Shown piece after piece: positions 9,351 to 21,317 of a stretch of DNA of 64,000 bases (the stretch's first letter is position 1; each line of letters begins with the position of its first letter). Origin of the DNA: Bigelowiella natans CCMP2755 (Eukaryota > Protista > Cercozoa); contig ADNK01001740.1 in the NCBI GenBank assembly GCA_000320545.1, forward strand, positions 1 through 64,000, read 5' to 3'. The position numbers were made by a program, and so were the translations under genes. The notes under the pieces are model-generated. The model did not search any database. It saw only the letters and a list, made by a program, of their open reading frames with translations, and was not told where the DNA came from.

Positions 9351-10294
9351 TTGAAGCATTTTGGGTCGGTAATACTCAAAACAGCATCTTGTGAAATACG
9401 ATAATATTCACCACGTCAGATCGGACGGCGGGGTCTCTCTTCCCCTTCGCAAAGATTTCTTCAAGTAAATGCGCCATCCTCTGTAAATTAGAAATGAGTG
9501 TCGGCTATGAGAACACCGTGGATATACTAAAGGCTCTTCAATGCTGCTTCTTCTCGGCATACTATAGCATGCAAGCTCTCGTATCATCATAACATAAACG
9601 CCTTCTCACGCAAGCTTTGACAGGTGCGAAGAAACTAATGAAGCATCTGCGCGGACTACCGCAAGAATCGCTTTCCCCATTCCATTCCTAAAACACCAAC
9701 AGAAACCAGAAGAAAATTAACGGTCAAAGTGGCCATAAAGCAAAGTCGCCATTCCCCAAAGACCTCAACAATTGACAAGGACGCCACGTCTGAGAACGCT
9801 ATAGTAGCGTTTGGCCAAGGCAGGATTGGGCTTTTCGCGAGTGATAAATCATGCTCATTTGCATTGCAAAATCGGTTTTATCGAAACTCGCACGGGGTAC
9901 TACTACTGCAGTGTACTTTTCATTCTGGGCGGATGAGGCTGCCCCAGATTCACTTGGATCAGGATAGACTATGATGAGCGAGAGCTGAGGTAATAGCCGA
10001 GATGAGGGCAAAGAGCCTTGGTTTCAGTGAATAAATCTAAAATTCTGTGAGGCTTCTCTCAAATATTTATATCATATATGTATATATATTGATGGTGCAT
10101 ATTGATGGGGTGAAGTGCGAGTCAACCTGAACGACAGAAAGCAGTAGGCCTATTGAATTCGGCCCCCAAATGTACACGTCACTTAACAGGTATCCTGGTA
10201 GCAGACCGCAAAGAGAACAAATGTTTCACTTGGATTGGACACGAAGTGCATGTGTTCAAACAGTCATTTTACAGCAAACCAACAATTTTACGTG

Positions 10295-10354
<60 letters not shown>

Positions 10355-11366
10355 GTGTATATTAATATCGATTTGTAAAACACCGTATAGTGTCCAGCTC
10401 AGGGCACAGACGAAACTAAGAACGCTCAAAGGCCGCGACAACGCCTTGGAATTTCTGCTCCTGTTTGAAGAGTTTGTACATATTACAGTACTTTGTTAAA
10501 ACACACGAGCATCTTGGGGATTAGTCGGTGGACTTCTTTCCGCAGCTTGCGTTGATATGATCTATGCTTCAATACAGCTCAATTTTCCAGCTGCAACGTA
10601 GCCCTGATGCCGTCCCTTCATCCTTACCCTCCAATCCTCTCTTCCATAGACCCATCACCTTTCGTATCCTATCTATACACACTCGCCTCGCGTCATACCT
10701 CAGCACATCAGCCATGACCACCAAGGGTGATGCAAATAGCACGCACACCTAACAACACAACGACGCCGTTTCTTGCTCAGTGGTAGCTGCTGTGACCCTC
10801 TTCGTGAAGGAAATGCGCTCGATTGGATTGCGTACAGTCGGACTATCTAATCTCCGTATTTTTGCCTCGATTATTATGCATTGCATACTCTCCCATTCCC
10901 CACCCCATTCTCCCTCTTAAAACATCAAGATCTCTCGCTGTCTTTGGCCGCAGCTCTCCATGATGTCCGCATCGAAACACGCATAGTTTGCACGGAGATA
11001 CATCTAATTTATAAAGAGAGGAGGGGTAGAGAGACAGTAGATCACCGAGAGAACTCCCAATGTTCCTAGCAGCGAAACAGCCTCTTCCTCCTGATGGATA
11101 GCAGAATGGGAAAGCTCTAGTTATTTGCTTCAATCGATATTGTGAGTAAGGACGGCTGGATGTACCCAGGATATTCAAATGCATCTATTCACGTATTTCG
11201 CAATACTGTTCCATAGACGATGAAACTCTGTTATCCCCCCCCCCCCCCCTACCCGCCCAAAGGATGTAGCTGCTTCACGTCTTAATGGGGAATACTACCG
11301 TTTTGACAGCGACAATGGAGACCATGACCATGAATGCCACTCCGAAAAAAGCACCGTAAAGCCGAC

Positions 11367-11431
<65 letters not shown>

Positions 11432-11520
11432 TCAATATACATATACCTAATCCGCTTTGAACAAGGCTCGCCGTAGCTTTATAAATGAGCGGACTTATGC
11501 GCAAATGTACTCAGCTGAAA

Positions 11521-11560
<40 letters not shown>

Positions 11561-12287
11561 CTGGCGAATACCACTGCTACTATGGCTCATTTTTTACGAT
11601 TTTCTTTACTGGAATCTCCGCAACATCGATAAATTCACTTTAATGAAAACACACGCCTCTATCACATTCAGGTAGCAGATTGGTTGTCGCTTGGTCGCGA
11701 ACAAGCTCGTACTACTACCGTCGTATTTTGGCCTGTTCTCCACATTTTCCCGACTACTATTCGATGCAAATATACAGAAACCAAACCTCACACATGAAGG
11801 GGTACATCGAAAGCGCGCACAACGTTCCGCTGGCAGTGCTCATCAATTGCACGGTTAAATATATGAATCAGACTCACGTGATGCTTGGAGTGTAGTAGAT
11901 AAATGCGGAGAGATGGAAGATTCCGGCTGTGACTGAGAGTATGATGAAGGTAGGCTCATAAGGTTTGTAAGAATGAAATAACCAAGAAATCGAGCACGGC
12001 CATGCTTCCAACCCAGTCTCTCTCTCTCTCTCCCTCTCTCCCTCCCTCCTTCCTCTTTCTTCTTTTGTAGAGTATATATATATCTAACAGGGCACACGCG
12101 TGCATATAATTTAGTTTCTGTAGCATTACCTCCAATTCCATTTGTGAATAGCATCGGAAAGTAATCGGACTGTCTCGAGCACACACACGACGACACGCGT
12201 GCACAACACGTCAACGCAATACATACAAATCTCACACCAAGTTAGATAGATAACACATACTCTCCCCCCCCCTTTCTCTTTCCCCCC

Positions 12288-12332
<45 letters not shown>

Positions 12333-12667
12333 GTGCACCCACCTATACACACACATACACTAACACACACACATACACAACACTATCATCGTAATTCCTA
12401 CCTTCAAGACTGCATAAAAGCACCAGCAAGCACACGTGACAGCTATCATCGCATACGGTAGAGGATGCTTGTCTCCTATCATATTGCATTCCACTTAGAA
12501 TTCTAAACAGATACCATCCACGATACTTTCAATCGTGCTACATCCACCGTCATGTTACCCCCACCTGTATGGCCTTGCACGGAAAAGACTGCAATGTCGT
12601 CCAATGGGGCAAGGTTCATCCCTATAGCGCTGATCATGGCCGCCAGCTTTATCCCAAACAAGAACAT
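9207..12667 (-). CDS. SWEET/MtN3 sugar transporter, multi-exon
   Basis: Minus-strand exons: MFLFGIKLAAMISAIGMNLAPLDDI..GHT/GDKHPLPYAMIAVTCACWCFYAVLK, SDYFPMLFTNGIG, VCVLFASPLVVMADVL, SRNSKALSRPLSVLSFVCALSWTLYG, DVYIWGPNSIGLLLSVVQ, LSLIIVYP. These form two MtN3 repeats. 3' exons and stop are approximate. Confidence 0.82.
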
Positions 12668-13870
12668 GGTAAAGGAGAACGACCAGTGCCTGTTAACCGT
12701 ATTCAACGTAAAGAAAAATACTCAAGGTTGCGGTCGTATCTTCCCCTCTCCCCACTAGTATCACGAACTTTTCAGTGGAAACTGTTCCAGAGGTCACCGG
12801 CTAGATGAACTTAGATATACCTAAAAAATCTAGGAAATATTTATTGCTAAGTATATCGTAATTTGTACAAACTTATTACAGAACATTATCCAGAATAATT
12901 ATTTATTCACGTTAGACAAGCAGAGTCCTTCTATCGGGGTAATATCCTAAATGAAATATCCGAAGAATAACCTTCTGAACGGAAACGTAGTCAGACAACG
13001 TCGAAGCAGTCAGCGGTTCCAGATATATTGCGACAAGGATGTGAACCGTTCCACATCATCAGAACCGCATTGCATATTTTCGCCTGAATTATACCAAGTT
13101 ATCATTTAACGACAACACAATTATTTTTAACTGACAATTGTTTCACCATCCTAAATCTACCCGTTCCAGATTACCACTTCTCAGAAGTAAGAGATATTGT
13201 TTTCCCAAACGCCGTACGATTTTCTTTAGATTGCGTTCTCAAATGAGATTATAAAAGAATTGTCCTGCGATTTACTCCAAAATATAAATATTAAGGTTTT
13301 CTCTAACCGGCACTCAAAATGGCACAAATAAGTACGTACGACAATAAATATATTATGACTTTAATCATAATTCTACGGCATTTGTAATTTTAGCCTTGGG
13401 GAATGGCGCCCGGCGGAGAAGGACCGAGGGTACCTTTTTCCTTCCAAACGCTTTTCACATTAACACGCTTTAGTTCCCCAAATATGGGACCTACGAAAAT
13501 AATTGAAGCGCAACATCATATATCTTTTCATTCCAATTACGTTTTTGAGAAATTTCTCCAGAATCTTGGAACTCTCGCTCTCCCCTTTCACATGTTCATT
13601 TGAAACGAAGATCAGGAAAGAAATGAGATGAAATTCGTTTTGAGGGGGCAATCTGAACCTATTTTTAAAAAACCGAAGCCATAAATTTTCCAAATTACCT
13701 AGCCTAACACGTATCTTAAAGACTAGTCACCTTTCTTGGGTTTGAGAGCTAAAGGAGTTTCTTGTGATTAAAACTAACAATGTTCGTATTCGTAGGTTGC
13801 CCTGGCCCTAATCCTAGCACTCCTTTCCGCGTGTTACATATGGCACGAGGGTAGTTCCTCTCGAAAAGTA

Positions 13871-16177
13871 GTGCCTGTTAATAATAATGAAGACTTCTCC
13901 ATACCCGAGGCATCATCCTCGTTACTTCCTTCCTTCGCTGTGAAGAAGGCAGCTGATAGGGGCGACTCAAAGGCCTCCAATGATCATCCTACCAAACACC
14001 CCATTCACCATAAGAACATCGAATCAATAACAATAAATAATCGGCAGAAAAATGCATCGGAGATAATGCTGGGAAGGCAGCACAAAAGTGCTGAAGCGAG
14101 GAGCGGAAAGTTAGAAGAGGCGAGTAGGCCTCACATGACCCCATCACCACCCTACCACTCCGACGTACAAAGTCAAAACCTTAGCAAATTGTCAATAGCT
14201 GCTGCATCGAGCAACACGGGATCCGATAATGCAATCCGAGAGCATAGAACTGTCATCAATGGTCACTTTCGAAAACAAGCTGGCTCCTCAGGGAGAGGCA
14301 GAAATGACATGAAAGCAACGATAGAAAGCAAACGGTCGGAAAAGAAAGAGCCGCAACATTCTTCTTTAGAGAAAAAACACAGTGGGTACAGCAGTAGTCG
14401 TACCGAAAGATCTCGGTCATCAGGCTCATCTTCGTCGTCATCATCATCATCATCATCATCATCCAAGCAACATGGTTCTCATGGAAAGCAACACTCCCCT
14501 GGCCATCACCATCCTCATAGCCCTTCATCATCACGCATCCATCATGCGCACCAAGAGCCACGACAGCCCCCTGCTCCGCCTAGAATCACCATATCATCTG
14601 AAGAGAAAAAGAAAGAGGAAGAACGCGAGAAAGAAGAAGAAAGAAAGGACCGTCAAGAGCGCGAGGAAGAGGCCTTTGACGAAGTGTGGCCGTTCTTGGG
14701 ACCATTGGCCCCTTTAGCTGACGCCCCAGGCCAATGTGCCCGCATCGTGGACATGTGGCTCCGAAGGCTAAACCGGACAGCCTTCCCTACCATAAACGAG
14801 CAAGCCATACAGTTTGACCCCACCAAAGGCCAGCCGTTCTCCCTTGATGTAAAGCACGCCTTCTGCTTCGGGGACGTGGGAGAGGTGCACATCGAGCACC
14901 CCGCAGGAATTTTGTGCCTTTCGCTTGACGAGGACGACGATAACTCCGAATGGAGGGAGGAGCTTTGCGAGCGGGGCCGCTTCCCAGATATGTATGAGTG
15001 CGTGGAGCCGTTCTTAAACCACACCATTCCGTTCTACGGGCAATGGCTATCGGTCGGTGGACTTGTGGAGTTCCAGCTCATGATGTGTGGCAACAAGGCC
15101 CCGAAAACGGGAATTCCGCCGTCGTTCTCACGGCTTTTCTACAACTCTCATGCATTCGGGGACAAAATGGCCATTGACGGCGGTGGTGTTGCCAAGCACC
15201 AGAACGACCCTGTGGCCGAGGGAGAGAGAGGGAACCTTGGGGAGGTCCCTGATACAAGCCTGCAGGCTCTCGAGGATACGTGCCACATGATATGGCGTGA
15301 TGAGTTCAACGGCGATAATAACGGGAATAACAACGGCGAGGAGGGAGGCGAGGATGGGGGTCATAGGGCTGTTCTTTTGAACCGAGATTACTGGCACGTG
15401 GCGCAGACTGCAAACATAGAAGGAGAGGGGGAGGGGGGGCATCGCCCGAGGGGGGTAGGCCGACCCCGGAATAAAGAGCAAGAGTGTTATGTTGACGACA
15501 ACTCTGCCGTGCGAATAGAGAACGGTAGGCTAATTCTGGAAGCGCGTCGATCCGACCCAGGCCAGTATCCTTACTGCAATTTCACGTCGGGAAGAATACA
15601 CACGCGTGCTGGGTTTCAAACCGGTTTATTCCAGATAAGGGCCAAGCTTCCCGATGGAAATGGCGTGTGGCCAGCGATATGGATGGAAGCGAAGTCCAAA
15701 GATTTCGGTTCATGGCCGCGTAGTGGCGAAATCGATATAGCGGAGCTTCAAGGAAGCCGTCCGAACGTTACCCTAGGAACCCTCCACTATTCCACGTCCA
15801 ACGGCCCGCTGTTCCCGCATATATTTGCCTCGCACACGTACTCTCTTCCACGCTCGCATAAATCGTTCGCGGATGATTTTCATACCTACAGCTTGCACTG
15901 GGAAGATGAGAAGTTCACATGGTTCGTGGACGATACAGCTTTTGCTTCTTCGAGTCTCTGGATGTCGCCGTTCGAGGCCTCCTTCCCTGCCCCTTTTAAC
16001 CGACCATTTCGAATCGTTATGAATCTCGCTATGGGCGGGGTGTTTGACGGTGATGTGGCTGACGATGAAACTCTGCCAAAGACCATGGAAATTGACTATG
16101 TGCGTGTATTCAAATGTACAACAGCATATGCTAGTTACTTAGCGGATGGCGAAGATGACGGCTACGACTACGAATAA
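13871..16177 (+). CDS. Glycoside hydrolase family 16 (beta-1,3-glucanase-like) with long low-complexity N-terminus
   Basis: WRDEFNG, FTSGRIHT, RAKLPDGNGVWPAIWM, WPRSGEIDIAE (ExDxxE catalytic motif), DDFHTYSLHW, PFNRPFRIVMNLAMGG and MEIDYVRV. The true start is probably in upstream exons (about 13400-13800). Confidence 0.9.
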   Translation: MPVNNNEDFSIPEASSSLLPSFAVKKAADRGDSKASNDHPTKHPIHHKNIESITINNRQKNASEIMLGRQHKSAEARSGKLEEASRPHMTPSPPYHSDVQSQNLSKLSIAAASSNTGSDNAIREHRTVINGHFRKQAGSSGRGRNDMKATIESKRSEKKEPQHSSLEKKHSGYSSSRTERSRSSGSSSSSSSSSSSSSKQHGSHGKQHSPGHHHPHSPSSSRIHHAHQEPRQPPAPPRITISSEEKKKEEEREKEEERKDRQEREEEAFDEVWPFLGPLAPLADAPGQCARIVDMWLRRLNRTAFPTINEQAIQFDPTKGQPFSLDVKHAFCFGDVGEVHIEHPAGILCLSLDEDDDNSEWREELCERGRFPDMYECVEPFLNHTIPFYGQWLSVGGLVEFQLMMCGNKAPKTGIPPSFSRLFYNSHAFGDKMAIDGGGVAKHQNDPVAEGERGNLGEVPDTSLQALEDTCHMIWRDEFNGDNNGNNNGEEGGEDGGHRAVLLNRDYWHVAQTANIEGEGEGGHRPRGVGRPRNKEQECYVDDNSAVRIENGRLILEARRSDPGQYPYCNFTSGRIHTRAGFQTGLFQIRAKLPDGNGVWPAIWMEAKSKDFGSWPRSGEIDIAELQGSRPNVTLGTLHYSTSNGPLFPHIFASHTYSLPRSHKSFADDFHTYSLHWEDEKFTWFVDDTAFASSSLWMSPFEASFPAPFNRPFRIVMNLAMGGVFDGDVADDETLPKTMEIDYVRVFKCTTAYASYLADGEDDGYDYE

Positions 16178-16193
16178 CTGGAGAGTGAAAGAA

Positions 16194-16233
<40 letters not shown>

Positions 16234-16501
16234 TTCGTCGACTTCAAGGAGTTCGGAGAATAGGGACGTTTCAATCGAGCTATCTACTTGATAGAGACGG
16301 TAGAAAACAAAAATGATACCCAAAAACGAGGCAATGGATATTTCGAAGCAAACTTAAAATATATTTGCATTGTGTACATACTTATACATACTGTTCATCA
16401 TAGATGCCTAGATATGCTTAGATGAATGCGTGTGGTACACGGTACACCACGAACAAGAGATGGAGAAGTGAGTCCTCAAACTTGCTGCTGGAACAGTGCT
16501 A

Positions 16502-17656
16502 CCTGCCCATGCTGCCTAGCTCTCCATGTTCCAAAGCATTGCGCATGCAACAGTTTCTTTGACAATGCGAGTCGGAAAATTGAACGAACGAAATGCTCTC
16601 ACCAATCTAGCTAGCTAGGCATTTGCTTCAGCTCAGTTTCCGCATGCAACACGGCGTCGTCTAGCATCCACGTGATCACGCGCATGGCCCTGCTGCTGCA
16701 ATGATGTCCACATGCTGGCATGTCTGGATGTGTTGATGTGTGCATGAGCAGGGCCAGCCATGCCAGAGTGGAGGGCACACCTGACATGCTAGCATGCTCC
16801 ACGTTGTCATGCGAGCCCCAGCTAGCTAGAGCCAGTGAGCACTGGAGCACCAGAGCAGTTGTCCCACCACTCTGGCACTGCTAGACCAGACTGGAACAGA
16901 AGCACATTCGTGCTCTCACCACTTCTGAAAGTTGCTGGACCACGCCAGCACGTCGTTGTTGGTTCGTTTGTCCAAGACCCCTCTGGCCCTCCTCCTTGCA
17001 CGTCAGTCTTGTTGAGTGCAACAGAGTTTCGCTTTCGCACCAACCACTTGGCGGGGTGCTGCGTCGAAAGTCACCAAATCGTTGACAGTTGCACACGCAA
17101 CGTGCTCTGGTGCTGGGCTTGCCAGCTTGGCGCAAAGAAAGTCGCGACGAATTTCCACAAAAAGTCGAAAAGGTTCAAAGACTTGACCAGTGAACAGGCT
17201 GCTGACAAGCAAGTCAACTTGTGAAAAAAGTGAGTGGCCTGCCTCGCTAGCTCGCACACCCCAACAGCCAGCTGAACGTGCACATTGTTCACGTGCACCG
17301 TTCCAGCATTGACAACCTGCTTGAACTTCATCACTTTGTTTCATCTGGCTGATCGTGACGTCAAGTGCCTGCCGTTTCGACTGTTTCGGCGGCTCGTTGA
17401 AGTCGACCATTGTCCAGTCTCACGTTGCCATCGCTCACTGGAGGTGCTTGGCCCACCTAGCCACGTTGTGACGTTGCAAGTGGCAAATCGAGAAGCTGGG
17501 AAGCAGTTGCAACAGGAAAAACACTCCCCAGAGCCACTGTGGCGCCTGCGATGAAACGTGAGAACACATGGCATTTTGACTCTTCTTTGAGCCTTCATGA
17601 TGCACGTTTTGAGGACATCATCCTGGGTTCCTGCTGGCGCGCCTTCCTTTGCAGGC
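16502..17656. other. TpA-depleted, CTAG-sparing intergenic tract (clearest of about 9 in the window)
   Basis: By-eye count finds 11 TA dinucleotides in ~1150 nt, all inside CTAG. TG, CA, CATG and TGCA are abundant. Confidence 0.85.
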
Positions 17657-18416
17657 TACGCATTCAGGTCTCTCACAGAGTGCGTCTCCAGATCCAAAAA
17701 AATCAACTGAAAGCAACCATGCCCATGTACCCCCCCGTCTCTTCTCTTGTGGAAAAATAGCTGTATTTTTTTCGGTAAATTTACCAAATCTAATTGCCAC
17801 AGAGCACAAGGGCAAAAGGGCACAGGGTGAGATACTGGTGACACAGGAGCAATGGTACACCTTTTGACTTTTCCATCTACGAGTCTCTCGCATGTCTACA
17901 AAACGGTGACGGAATTCGGGTAAAAATACCAGATAAAGTCTAGAAACTCACCATAAAAATCGGTGCTGCGTCTTCTGGCAGTGCTTTTCTACGAGTAGTG
18001 TATGAAGATGATTTGACGAGAGACTACTGATCGGTCTGTACAATTTTTAAAAACTGGGATTTTGGTACAAAATAATTAACTTATCACGATACTTTTCTTC
18101 AGTAGATCGAGAAACTTTGCCAAAATTCTCCCGCCTTTTCAAACGTATCTCTCCCTACAAAAAATTGTTTGCGTACTCAAAAACACACTACAGTTTGAGA
18201 AAACGACTTGTGTAATACACTTGATTTAAAGCGGGTTCTTGGTTTTTCGGATAATTTCTTTTGGTTTTTATGAGATCTTTCCTGTGCCCGCCAAAATAAA
18301 GGACTTTCTTTACCATGTCGTCATGAATATTTCCCCTACATTACATCCCAATTTTTACTTTTTGTGTGCGCTTTTTGATACAGATCTCAAAAAAACAACA
18401 TACTCCTTCGTCCACC

Positions 18417-20440
18417 ATGGCCTCCTCTCACTACGCTTCCTTCTCACCCCCCCCCGCCAATGGCCACAGAAGGCTCAAGACGTGGACAAAAGCCGTCTCT
18501 ATCGGAATTGGTAACTAATACATTGCACATGATGCAAAAATGTGGAGAGAACGTGTCGAAATTTAGTTGTACAACTTCCGAATGTTTTTGGCGGAAGCTA
18601 GATTTCCCTGTTATTCCAAAGCCCTTGCTACAGAATAGTTAGCACCAACCCGTTCCAACTCATGTTAGTGTCTGAACCTTATACCTATCTCCTGTGGTAT
18701 TTTGCAGCGATGATTGCAGTGGCTCTGGTTCTTACTTCCGTGTATCATCGCAAGGAAGAGTCACAGGTGTTTCGCTTCGTATTAGTAGGTTTTACTAAAA
18801 TATGCAACTCGGAGGTGGTACTTATCATACATTCCATAGTCTCCTTATTAATGTGTTTGTATTACGCAGCAAATTCTCCGTCTAAAGCCGGTCACTAGAA
18901 GCTGCTCTTCTTCCCAAGGCCTCCGCTCTGTAATTCCTTCCGTGAAGGCGACTTCTCGCTTCTCACCTGTTGTCTCTCTGAGACCTCAGCAACACCATGA
19001 ACTTATGCGCCCCGACGTAGCAGTTAGGGTCATGGTTCCAAAGGAAAAGAGGGCTGTGGATGGAGTTCCTAGCTTAAATTCCGCAAACTTCACATTGAAG
19101 CAGATGATCGGTCAAATGCGGCCCTCAGGGAAGAACCCAAATGAGAAGGTGGTCTAAAGACAACTCTTCGTTAAAAACAGAGTACCTTCCATATCGTGCT
19201 AATTGGCCTTACATAATAGGGACAGAATAATGCCTCTGTGGTTAACTTCTTCTCGGCAACTGGAAAGGTATCTGCTGTTACACATTCTCCTTTCATATTT
19301 GGTAGCCATTTCTCATTAGTTATTGTTCTCATCCAGTCCACAGAACTTTCCGGCGAACCAGAGGAAGTTCCACTCCTTTTGAAAGAATACCGTGGAGATG
19401 CAAAGATGTTGGCCATGCGCGAGCTTGCTGTTCAGGCAAGACTTCGAAACGAGCAGGAGGATGTAATGGGATATTCGCGCTCACTTCGAATATAGATTTA
19501 CTGATCCTTTCGAAAATTCGTAATCAGGCAACCTCCCTTCCCGTTTTGCCTATCCTTGGAACTTTCGAAAGCAAGTGCATCGTTCACATGACGGAAAACG
19601 GCTTCTCCTTTGGTGACAAGTCTCTCTGGACTGTGGAGTCGCTCAATGGAATTACTGATACGCTGGTTTCGTATCCTTATTTTCCTCAAAAACAACAACT
19701 CTCTGACAAACTGCCCATCATTGGACCCGAGATGTTCTTGCGAAGGTAAGCATATATCTCTGAATGTGCTTTGGAATACGAAACTCATTGCTACATTTTT
19801 TAGGCGCGAGGCCTACATCCGCAAGGTTATTAAAGGAGCCCTCAGCGCCTTGGCAGACGTCCATGCCAGCGGGATTGCCCATGGTGCTCTCGACATGACA
19901 TCAATTCTAGTCACTACCTTCGATGAAACAAAGGTCAAGGAGGCCAAGGTCCGCCTCTCAAACTTCGGATACGCTGTTAATACTGCTCCGGAATCTACAC
20001 CCGAGATGAAAGCTGCATCGGAAGTTGGAGTTACCATCCCTGCTAGCCTGCTTCTCGACCCTGTCCAAGCTGGAGAATTTGCCGGTCGTGGAACCCTTGA
20101 CGAAGATGAGGCACGGAAAGTAGTCATGCGAGAAGACGTGTACAGGCTCGGATTGATTTTTGCAGAACTCGTGTACGGCGCCATGAGCCCTGAGGGCCCA
20201 AACGCAAGAACACATTCGTCATTCATTGAGCGACGACTCCGATTCAAGGGATTCGATGTTGAGGGACTTCGTGAATGGTCTCTCGAGCCTAGTTGGACTT
20301 TAATTGTCGACTTCATGGACAAGGACGAGAAGGCGGGATGGGACCTTATGCAGCAGCTTGTCAAGCCTGATGAAACTTTGTCTAGCTTAGAGATTCTTCA
20401 CAAGGCCATGCGCCATCCCTTCTTCAAGGATACCGAATAA
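18417..20440 (+). CDS. Protein-kinase-fold protein (probable pseudokinase, ORG1/PAP14/STN7-like), possibly plastid-targeted, multi-exon
   Basis: VPLLLKEY, MLAMRELAV, ALSALADVHASGIAHGALDMTSILV, VRLSNFGYAV, EDVYRLGLIF, GWDLMQQLV and HPFF. An N-terminal hydrophobic segment (YLLWYFAAMIAVALVL) is followed by a Ser/Arg-rich stretch. Confidence 0.72.
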
Positions 20441-21317
20441 TAGCCATTTTGCATTAATGTCACGATATATAACGTTAAATTAGCCAAAAAGTATTATGGT
20501 CTCACTGTAAACAAGTTTTTGCCTGTGGCCTTTTTATTTTATTCGGAAGCCTAGGCGGAATCATACAGCAATAAAAAGAAAACTAGTACTTTTATCCTAC
20601 TTTATCATGTTCGTTTTTTCCTATTATTTCTCGTCGGTTTTCTTCGTAGGAAAAGGAGTAATGAGTACTTTCACACTTTTTGGCTATATATTAGACCGAA
20701 TAAGTCATCTATAAGAATAAACCAATCGCGTTACTGTGATTCAACCTGACCCGCAATATTGACTTTCTATCAGTTTCATCTATTAGAATTGTTTTGGCCC
20801 CTTGTGAAGAAAATCATGACAAATTCATGTTTGTGGCCCATAGCAACTACAATAGTAGACATTAAGGGAGTGTCCGTTTTCTTAAATTATACTTCCCTAG
20901 ATAATCGCATGTGTACAGAGAGGGCGTGATAATATAGTCTAATGTATCCATAGCAATTATCAGATAGAAATAAAAGTAGCTTCGAATTTCATCAAATTCG
21001 AAATCTTTAACAAAATCATCCATATTTTCAAAATGTATTTCCTTGAATAAAAATAATACGTAGCATCCGAGGAGCCAATCCAAAAGACAAAATAAAGCGT
21101 GTGTGATGCCTGTGAACATTTGTTCCTCATCTTGACTGGAAAACATTCAAAGCACAGCCAGCGCAGTTGTACTTTGGCAAGCCAAAGATGTGCACCAAAA
21201 TGCCCTTTTGACGTGCAAATTAGAACTATGACAATGCGTAACGTCATGCATGCGATGCCTACCCATAGCTACGACTAGACATGTGTAGAAACATGTTTGG
21301 TTGAATTGGGTCACATC

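Noticed and set aside
19813-20364. 183-aa antisense ORF (also 27958-28380, 4325-4771, 24993-25427)
   Set aside because: Shadow ORFs opposite well-supported coding exons.
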